Below, piece after piece: positions 11,784 to 26,200 of a DNA stretch of 64,000 bases; positions within the stretch are counted from its first letter, which is position 1; the number at the start of each line of letters is the position of its first letter. The notes under the pieces are model-generated. The model searched no databases, was not told where the DNA came from, and worked only from the letters and a program-made list of their open reading frames with translations. The DNA lies in NCBI GenBank assembly GCA_013239625.1, contig MU053588.1, positions 3,500,799 to 3,564,798 on the forward strand. The letters run 5' to 3'. A program made the position numbers and the translations under genes. The stretch comes from Lama guanicoe. Its lineage: Eukaryota.

Positions 11784-13429
11784 CAGTCATTTGGGGGATC
11801 TGGATAAGAAGTATCAGCTCATAACAATGAAGTGAACGATCCTGGGTGTGACCAGCCCTGAAGGGTGCTGAAGGCAGTATGTGTTTGTGGTTGTGTGTTC
11901 ATGTGTGACTCTTGGGGGTGCATGTGTGACGACTTGTGTGGACTGATGTCCAGCAATGTGTGGGGCTGCATCTCTAATGATGTGTGAGCATCAGTGTGTG
12001 TGTGGTGCCACTGTGTGCGCTGTGGGTCTGTGTGTTTTGTGTGGCCAGCTCTCAAATGAACCAGCCTGTTGTGGGGATGACAGTGTGTGGCCTTGAGAGA
12101 AGTAGTCATAGGGGTGTGTGTGTGTGTGTGTGTGTGCACGTGCGGCAGGGCATGTGCACATGCAGACACCCCCTCCTGGGGTCAGGCTGGAGCATTTGGT
12201 TGATGCAGGTGGGGTGGGAGTGGGTGACCTGGGGGTGGGGGGGCAAGTCCAGGCAGGAGAGCCTGTCCCCTTCCTGTCCCCATTCTCCCCAGGACCGCCA
12301 TGGGTGTCTCCTCGGTACCTGTGGCGGGCTGGTCCTTGAGCCTAGGTTTGTGTCCGCACAGACGTGGTTGCGGTCTGTACCAACAGGCGTGTGGTGAGCA
12401 TGTGCTCACGTCGTGAGTGGCAGCGGCCAGCGGCTCTGGGCACCCAGACTGGACAGGATGTGTGTGGTGTGTGCCCAGAGTGTGTGTGCAGATGGGGGTC
12501 CTCTGTGTCTCTACTGTGTGCACAGGTGTGTCCTACATGGGGGTGTGGTGTAGGGGAGTGTGTGTCCGCGGGGTAGGTGCAGATGGAGTGGCAGGGTATG
12601 TGTGTGCGCGTGTGTGTCTGGATGTGTGTGTGTGCGCGCGCGCGCACGGGTGGGGGCGGCAGGAGAAGGGTCTTGGGCCGCGTCTCTCTCCTCTTTAGAC
12701 AGAGCCCCGGAGAAGATATGAAATTTAAAAAAAAAATCAATTTTCATTCCACTTGTGCAGATTGTGTTAAGGGGAGGTGGGGGCGCTGGGTGAGGGATGA
12801 AGGGGCTGGGGTGGGGGTGTGAGGCCCGAGGCGGCTCCCGAGGCGGCCGGAGCAGCTTAGAGAAATCAAAACAACTGGTTAAACCCAAGCCCAGGGGGCC
12901 GGAGTGATGGAGGGTGAGGAGACAGAGGCAAAGAGAGACATGGAGAGACAGAGGGTCAGAGATGAGCGAGACAGAGGGACAGAGACGAGCGAGACAGAGA
13001 CACCCAGAGACAAAGACAAGGGACAGAGACACTCAGAGAGATGGAGGTATTGAGAGATGGAGGCAGACAGAGAGGTGGGCGCTGGAGACCCTGAGTGAGA
13101 GAGAGACACGGACACCCAGCAGGCCTGAGAGGCCGGGGCCCTGTCTCCAGAGAGTCAGCAGCAGTGGCAGGCCTGGGACAGTGCACGCTTCACACACCCA
13201 CACCGGTACCCGCAGAGGCGGGCTTGGGAAGTCCACTGATGGAGGGACGGACAGACAGCTGGACAGATGGCGGCAGGAGCAGCAGGACCCCAGTGTGGGG
13301 CTGTCTCCGAGTGCCCACCTCCGCCCACACCCATCCTCGCCCAGTCGGCCTGTGGGTGTGGATGCGGCGCTGCGTGTGTACGTGGCCGTGCTTGTGGTCT
13401 GGCGGTGGCTGGCTGTGTCGGTGTGGTGT

Positions 13430-14010
13430 GTGCACCTCTGTCTCTGTGCATGACGGATTGTGTGTGCGTGCCTGTGTGGCTCTGTGTGTCCTTATGTCAT
13501 TTGCCTGTGACTTGACTGCCTTGGCTGAGCTGCTGTGTGTGCCTGGGTGTGTCTCTGTTTCTGTGTGGCATTGTGTTGGCATGTGCTTGTAGGTCTGTGT
13601 GTATCTGCCTATGAGCTTTGGTGTATGATTGTGTGTCTGTGTTAGTGTGTGTCTGTGACTTGTGATATGTGTCTCTGTGGGACTGAGTGGGTGTGTGTCT
13701 TGTGTGTATATATCTGTGTGTGTATAATTATGTGTCTGTGTCTCTGTGTGAATGTCTGTGACCATGATGATGGTGTGTGTGACTATTTTGATGTGCATGT
13801 CTGTGCGTTGTGTGTGACATGGTGGTATGTGTGCCTGGGTTGCTGTGTGGGTCTGTGTGATGTGCGGTGGTTGCGGCAGTGTGGTGTGTGTCAGTCTGTT
13901 GACCTGTGTCTGTGTGATGTGTTGTGTGGCAGTGTGTCGTGTGTCACTGGGTTGACGTGTGTCTGTGATGTGTTGCATGCCAGTGTGGTGCGTGTGCCTG
14001 GGTTGGCGTG
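13430..14010. repeat. TG-rich low-complexity block
   Basis: Degenerate TGTGTC/TGTGTG tract that produces spurious Cys/Val-rich ORFs. Confidence 0.85.
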
Positions 14011-16179
14011 TGGGTCCGTGCAGCTGCTTGGCAGGGAGAGGAGGGAGGCAGCTCTCCCCGCCCAGCCCCTCTCCACACTGCTGCGCGCACACACACCGCA
14101 CACACAAGCACACAGGCGCACACACACATTCAATGCCATGGCTACAGGCGGTGGAGATGGGGGGCGGGGGGGTGTGGAGGAAGCAAAATAAAATTAAAAA
14201 TTAAAGCTTGCCCGGAGTCCCCATCCGCCCCGCGCGGACCAGCGGGGAGAGGCGGGGTTGCAGCAGCAGCTCCCCCTCCGCAGCCACCGGGGCTAGGCAT
14301 CGTCTGTCCAGCCGTCTGTCCTGCCGGGCCGGCCCGGCCCACAGCACTGGCCCTGCAGGCCCTGCTCCCTCCATCGGTCGGTCGATCAGCGATCAATGGG
14401 GCCAGGGGGGCGCCAGGGGCAGGGTGAGATCAAAGGGGCCCCAAGAGACTGATGCTGGGACGAAACAGAGATGCGGAGACGGGGAGAAAGAGACAGAGAA
14501 AGAGATGAGGAGAGAAGACAGACAGACTTGGATGTGGGGAGGAGAGACGCAGAGACCCAGAGACATAAAAGCGGAGTGGTGTGAAGACGCAGAGAGACGG
14601 AGAGATATGGGGGCCCAGAGACAGAGCCAGGGGGACCTAGAGATGTGGCGCTGCGACCCGGAGAGTCAGGGCAGATGCGCAGGGAAGGGGACAGAACAGG
14701 AGGGCTAGGGGCCCGGTCCTAGTAGGCCTGGCAGGACAGAGGCAGGGACAGAGACAGGAGGAGCGGCTGGCAGAGACCACGAGATGGCAGAGACGTGTGC
14801 GAGAGAGACGGCGGGGGGAGCGTGGGAGCAGGGCCCGGAGCGCCGATCCCACGGCTCCTCGTTATAACGTGTCCGGAGGAGGCGGCGGGGAGTTGAAAGC
14901 ATCGGGAAGAGAAATCAAAACCAACACGGAAATGAGAGGGGCCGATAGGGGGTGGGGGGGCGGAGGCAGGAAGGAGGGGGGCCCAGAGAGGCAGACAGAG
15001 CCAGGGAGGTGGGAGAGGTGGACCTGGCGGGTGAGGTGCGGGGAGACGGGGTAGAAGGAGATAGGGAGAGAGGTGGGGAGACGGGAGGGAGAGGAAGAGA
15101 CAGGCTGAGATGGGGCTGGGGTGGGGGCAGAGAGACAGAGAGTTAGAGAGAGAGGAAAAGAGACAGATGGTGCACAGAGAGACACCAAGAGAGGAAAGAC
15201 CTGGGGAGACAGCAGAGAGAGACAGGAGAAGGGATGGGGCACAGGGAGAGACAGACCTGGAAAAGGGATGAAGGCGGGTGGGGAGGACAGAAATAGGAGG
15301 AGACTGAGTGATGGAGAGAGACGGGGCCACAGAGATGGGGGAAGAGACAGTCCAGGTTGAGGGGAGGCAAGGAAAGAGAGAGAAAAGAGACAGAAAAATG
15401 GAAAAGAGATAGTGGATGGAGGCAGAGAAGGGAAAAGAAAGGCAGATCAAGAGGGAGAGAGAGAAACAGAGAAAGTTGAAGAGATGGGGGAGGTGGGGGC
15501 GGGGTGGTTCCCAGCAAGGCCAGAGGGCTGGAGGGGAGCTCCTAGGAGAGTCCTCAGTGGACACTGGGCTGGGGGCAGGGGCAAGGGTGGCCGTGGGATA
15601 CTGGACAAGTCTGGTCCGGTGTCCGAGGGAGGGGTGGGTTTATGGGGGAACACAGTGTCTGGGTTTCTGAGGCGTGTGGGACCATCAGCAAGCAGCGGGA
15701 GGCGTGAGAGGGATGGTGTGTTTCAGGCTGTGTCAAAGTGGGGTGGGTATCTGAGGGGTTGTGTCTGAAAAACGGGAGCCTGAGGAAAGTGCGCCCTCTC
15801 GGAGGTGGGGTCGGGAGGGGTGGAGAGAAGAAGGGATGAAGTACCTAAGGGGTGGGCTGTCTGGGGTGGGTGTCTTGAGGATGGAGTCTGGGGTGGTGGG
15901 GTATCTGAGGGAGAGGGGCTGTCGGGTCGGGTTCTGAGAGACCGGGATGAGCAGGGGATGAAGCATCTTAGAATTAGGTATCTGAAGAGAGGGGTGTCTG
16001 AGGGAGTCAGGTTTGATGGAGGACTTGTCTGGTGGGGAGGCAGATCTAGGGGGAAAGGGTGTCTGGGGGAGGCAGATCTAGGGAAGGGGTGTCTGGAGGG
16101 GAGACAGATCTAGGCGGAAGGGGTGTCTGAGGGGGGCTGTCTTGGGGGAGGCAGGCCCAAGTGACTGGGGTCTGACGGG

Positions 16180-16830
16180 AGCCGCAGGTTTAAGGAGGGG
16201 CACCTGTGGGAGCATTCACGCGGGAGCGAGGGGCTGCTCTGCCGGGTGGGTGGGGCAGAGGGCAGGGCGGGCCGGGGCTGGGCCTGCCCCCTCCCAGCCC
16301 GACGGTCGGGCAGCGCCAGGCGGCCGGCTCTGGGCCAACAGATTAGAGCGCAGGGCGGCGTGGGAGCGGGACGAGCCACCCCGGGGCTCAGCCTGGTGGG
16401 GCGGGGGTCGGGGCGAGATTCGGGGTGGGCTAGACCTGGGGCAGCCACAGAGAGAGAGGGGGACCCCGAGATGCAGAGCCGGACCCGGAGAGGTCAGGCA
16501 CGAGGCGAGGGATGGAGAGGCAGCGGCAGAGACGGTGCGGGGCGAGCGGGCGGTGAGAGCCAGCGCGTGTGAGTGAGTGAGTGAGTGGTGAGGAGCGAGG
16601 AGGGAGGCCGGGAGCCCGTGGTTAGTGATGGGGCACAGCGGAAGGGGAGGCTGCAGGGAAGACTGGCTGGGAGGGAAGGTGAGGGGACACGGGGCCAGGA
16701 GAGGAATGGGAAAAATGGGGACCAGTGGGCAGAGGGGTGCCTGCCTGCAGGAGGCGGCGGGTGGGGCGGGCTGTGGCGGGTGACTGGCGGGCGGGGGCCT
16801 GGGTGGAAGGGGAAGCACCCCCTCCCCGCA
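16180..16830 (+). promoter_or_regulatory. CpG-rich region; candidate proximal ERFL promoter or alternative first exon
   Basis: GC boxes, TTTAAG at ~16188 and stacked GTGAGT donor-like motifs at 16569-16586, about 340 nt before the 16916 acceptor. Confidence 0.45.
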
Positions 16831-16928
16831 GTGCCAGCTCCCGCTGACCCCTGTCTGTCTCTCCCGCTTGCTCTATCCCCTCCCCGTCTGTCTGTCTGTC
16901 CCGGCCTCTCTGCAGGGCTGGCTCCACC

Positions 16929-21833
<4,905 letters not shown>

Positions 21834-22255
21834 GCCAGCGTGGGGTGATGGATTCTGCCGAGGCGGGGACCAGGGTGGCCACCCGCGCAGCCTCTCCAAT
21901 GTCCTGCCTGCCCTCAATGTCCTGCCTGAGACTGGGGACCAGCCCTCAGCCGCTCCTAGGCCCAGGCACATGGCTGCCCTAGTCTTTTTCCCCAACCCCA
22001 GACTGGGGGTCTCACCTCCCCCTCCTGAGGAGGGAGGGAACACAATGGCTTCCAGCCTCTCCCCAGGTTCCAGTTTGAGGGGGTCCCCGCCCGGCCCCAC
22101 TCCCGAAGTGCAATACGGCGCCCAGCCTCTCCCTCAGCCCGCCCCTGTGCTGTGACTTGTGTGTTTGTGCGGCCGTGTCTCCCCTGTGCCGGCCCCAGTC
22201 CTGACGCCCCCACCCCCCAGGCCCCCTGGGGACAGGGAGCTCAGAGCAATAACCC

Positions 22256-22345
22256 NNNNNNNNNNNNNNNNNNNNNNNNNNNNNNNNNNNNNNNNNNNNN
22301 NNNNNNNNNNNNNNNNNNNNNNNNNNNNNNNNNNNNNNNNNNNNN
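22256..22345. other. Assembly gap (90 N) in ERFL 3'UTR
   Basis: N run. Confidence 1.
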
Positions 22346-22396
22346 GCCCCCCTCCCCATGACCCACACCAGCCACCTCCAGAGAATTTACTACAAA

Positions 22397-22402
22397 AATA
22401 AA
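22397..22402 (+). terminator. Candidate ERFL polyadenylation signal AATAAA
   Basis: First AATAAA visible after the ERFL stop, although an N gap lies upstream at 22256-22345. A second copy is at 22685-22690. Confidence 0.55.
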
Positions 22403-22654
22403 AGAATGAAAAGGAGCGTGAGACTTGGGTCGCCCAGAACCACAGGTGACCAAGGGGGCTTGGGGTGGGAGCTAGGAGAGGGTGTGTGGTGGAGCCTGAG
22501 GAGTCACTGCTGAAACCCAGGAATGAATGAATGAACTGGAGAAAGGTAGAGGGCACAGAGGTGACATGGTGGGGCAGACCCAGGAAGTAATGCCTGACCG
22601 TCGTGAAGGGTTCCAGATGCCACTCCAGGACCCTTGCCCCGCCCTCACACACAC

Positions 22655-23004
22655 AGACCTCTCCTTAGATAATATATATTAAAAAATAAACCTCCAATTC
22701 AGGGTATAAAAACAGAGCAAAGGCACTTGGGGGTGGGGAGTGGAGGGGTGGCCCCCCCAGGCAATACTGAGATGGCCCAGGAATGGTGATACCCCCCAGA
22801 AATGAAGCCCTGAGTCCCCCAAGCAGGAGGGAGAGAAGGCCGAGGCCAGTGGGAGGCTGGGGGGGCAGTGATCCCAGCTGGGCCCCCCAGGCATGGCCCC
22901 AGCAGCCCGGCTCCCTCTCTCTCCTCAGGCCCTTGGGGTTGGAGATGCTGCGGCAGCTGTGCAGTGGCGGGTGGCCCTCACGTCCTCTGCTTCTTGAGAA
23001 AGGC
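22655..23004 (-). other. ARHGEF1: ARHGEF1 terminal 3'UTR exon (3' end approximate)
   Basis: Donor CAG|GTGAGT at 23225/23224 lies 19 nt after the stop. Acceptor ccccag precedes 23004. The exon ends at an AATATA variant signal followed by a GT-rich tract. Confidence 0.75.
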
Positions 23005-23243
23005 CTGGGGTGGGGGGTGTGCAGAAGAAGAGACGGAGATGGGGAGAGAGACGGAGAGAAACAGGGAGCAAGGGAAGGTGGGGAAAGAGCATAGAAATGG
23101 ACAGAGAGAGATGGAGACAGGAGGCAGAGGGGGGAGAATCACAAAGACAAAGACAGAATCGGATGGGGCTGTGGTGTGGTGAGCTCCTGAGGTGCCCACT
23201 CATGTTCGCCAGTGCCCCACTCACCTGCCTGGGGCAAGGAGCC

Positions 23244-26200
23244 TCAGGTACAGCCAGGCTGGGGGACAGTGTTCTCTCCAAGCTGAGACAGGAGGAGTCT
23301 CAGGCGGCAAAACTCCTCCTCCACTTCCTGGTTGAGGGGCTGGTCATCAGTGAGAAGGGTCCCTCCACTGAGTCAGCCCTTTCCTTCCCCCACCGCCCCC
23401 AAAGCCACTACCTCCAGCTGTTTAATGGTCTCCTCTAGGCTGAGTAGCAACTCCCGAACGTCCTGGGTCTGTGCTGGGCTCAGGGGGCCGCCCCCTGGGA
23501 CCCCATCCCCTTCGAGGGGAGGCCCTGCACCACTGTCTTCTTCCGAGAGAGACAGGAGCTGCTTCAGGGACAGCACTGGACAGGGGTAAGGGGACAGAGT
23601 CAGAGGCGGGACTCGGGCTGGGACTGGGGAGTCAGCCAGAGATGGGTGGGGGGTGAGGGGAGGGAAAGAGGCCAGGGGCCTGCGGGCAGGAGTGAACCTT
23701 CCATTAGCCAGACCTGCAGAAGGGGCTGGGGAACACGAAAGGGGGTGCTGAGGTGAGGCTGGGGTTGGGATCAGGGCAGGGCAGGAGGGCAGCAAGGATG
23801 GAGACAGATCCAGGGAGAGGCTGAATTAAAGGTCAAGGAAGTGGCTGAGCTACCTTTCTGAAGGGCCTTGGTGGCGAGCTGGCCCTCAGGGCCTGGTCTG
23901 CAGAAGGGCAGGAGGGCGTTGAAGATTCTCTCCATCCGGCCTGGGTTGGGGAGTGGGGAGGGAGCTCAGATCCGGCTGGGCTTCCTGTGGACACCCCGCT
24001 CCCACCCAGCGCCCCTCTAGGCTCACTGTCAGCTGGGGGCATCTCTCGGCCTCCGTTGCCGTTCTCGGAGCTGCTGAGCAGGGGTTCACGGATGCTGGGG
24101 GGAGCAAGTGCTGGGTGACCCCACGGCCCTGGCGGGCAGCAGGGACAGGGAGACAGAAAACTGGAGGTGGGGAGGCAGGAAGGTCCGGAGACAGAGACAG
24201 AGGTCGAGGCTGGGAGACAGGGAGACAGGGAGGCTTGGCCAGTGGAAGACAGAGAGGCCTGGGGAGGAGACAGACAGGCCGTGGTGGGGTCGGCGAACAA
24301 GCCCACACACTATACGTGCACACACACACAGATGCACACGCATTCACATGGAGACAAGGCTGAAACTCAGGTTCTGGGGACACACAAGGAAGCCACCCCC
24401 GGCCCTCCGGTTCCCTCTCTGGCCCCCCTCACCTGCTAGGGCTGGGCCGGTGTTTGGGGCGGGAGGTGGGGGCAGGGACCTTCAGGGATCCAGCAGTCTC
24501 GGTGATGAGGGCACACCAGCTGGGAAGACAGACCAGCCCTTGGGCAGTCAGAGCTCCCAGACCCTGTGCCAGGACCTCCCAGCCCCACCCTGGGGCCTGG
24601 GCTTCCTCCACCCACTCTTACGACCCAGACCCCCCCTCACTTCTTCCGCTCCAACACGGACTGCGCCACCAGTTCATATATCTGGGCCTCCTGGTCCCAG
24701 GTGAAAATGACATAGAAGGCTTTGTGATCTGCAGGGGAAGGGAGAGGCGGGGCTCAGAGCCAGGGTCACCCCAATGTGTGCCTTCCCTGAGCTTGGGCTA
24801 GAGGCTGGGGGAGCTCCCCACAAGGGTGGCACCCTCAGGGCTCTGAGCACCCAATTCACCCCTCCTATGCCCCCTCTGGAGCCCTCTCTCATTTAATCAG
24901 GAAACGAGTCATCAATCTGGCTCTACCTACAAAACCCCAGGAGCTGCTCCCACCACTGGGGCCCTTCACTGGGCTCCTGGCTCCCACCAACCCCCTATAA
25001 CTCCCAAGAGGCAGCCAGGATGATTTTACAAAATACCGGTTAGAACTGGCTGCTCCTCTGTGCAAAAACCTGGGGCAGTTTCCCACTTTTCTTAATAAAA
25101 TCCACCATCCAGCCTGGCACCCCAGCTTGGCCAGCCCAGGGCCTCCCTCTCACAGTCTCGGCCTCAGGCTGCCAGGCCTTCCCTCTGCCAGGATGTGCGC
25201 GCCTGGCTCTTTAGGGGGTTCCTTCCCTACTCTGGGGGACAGCCGCGCCCGGGCCCTCACCGGTGGCCACCTCGCGGGTCATGGCGGAGGTGAGCCGCAG
25301 CACCGGCCGCAGCATGGTCTTGCCATCGGGCGTGGGCGTCAGCGTCCGGCTGTGCGACTTGAGCAGCAGGCGCTCGTCCTGGCGCTGGAGCAGCAGCAGC
25401 AGGTCGTCCAGCAGCAGCACGTGGACCTCTGTGGGGGGTGGCCAGGCTTGTGCTCAGCAGCCCCACAACCCCGACACCCCGCCCTGCATCCCCCACTCAC
25501 TGTCCTGGTGCTCACCTACAGCCTTGTCCTTCGTCACCCGCCACGTCAGCGGGCCCTCGTGGACCAACTTCTTCTTGGTGATGTCCAGGTTCTGGAGGCA
25601 GAAAGGAGTGACAGTTGGCGAAGGCGAGGGCAGGGCAGGGGAGGGGGGGCCGACCATGGGGCCAGGAGTAGCTGCCCGGCTGGGAATGAGAAGAGGGTCA
25701 GAACTGAGGGGGCCCCTCTTGCTTCCTGCGTGTATTATCAGAGAAGCCCCAGGGCCAGGGAGGGTGGAGGGAAGGGGAGAGGAGGGGAGGGGGTAGGGTG
25801 GGGGTACACCTTGAACTCGTTCAGCATGGGGTCGGTGCTCTGCCGCAGGTGGGACAAATCCAGGCGCCTCTGATAATCCTTGAGCCGCTGGGACAGGGAA
25901 GGGGGTGTCACAGGGACAAGCCAAGGGCTAGGGTGGACCCACAGTGACCCCGAGGGGGGCAAGCCGGGGGCCAGCTGGCCCTTGCCCAGGCACACCCCAC
26001 TTCCCAGGGCCCCACCCAGGCTCACCAGCAGGTCCTCCATCTCTCGCACGGCTTGGTTGACGTGGTGCAGGATTTCCCGGCAGCGCTCAGCTGCCAGCTC
26101 CACTCTCTCTCGTTCAGCTGGCTCTTCTGCAGACAAGGAGGAGGCCAGCCCTGGTGAACCCCAACCTTGGAAGCTCCCAGTCCTGCAGCCAAGGTTAGAG

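Noticed and set aside
13190..14191. His/Thr-rich and Cys/Val-rich ORFs (311 aa, 180 aa)
   Set aside because: These are translations of degenerate (TG)n/(CA)n sequence, not metallothionein- or keratin-associated proteins.
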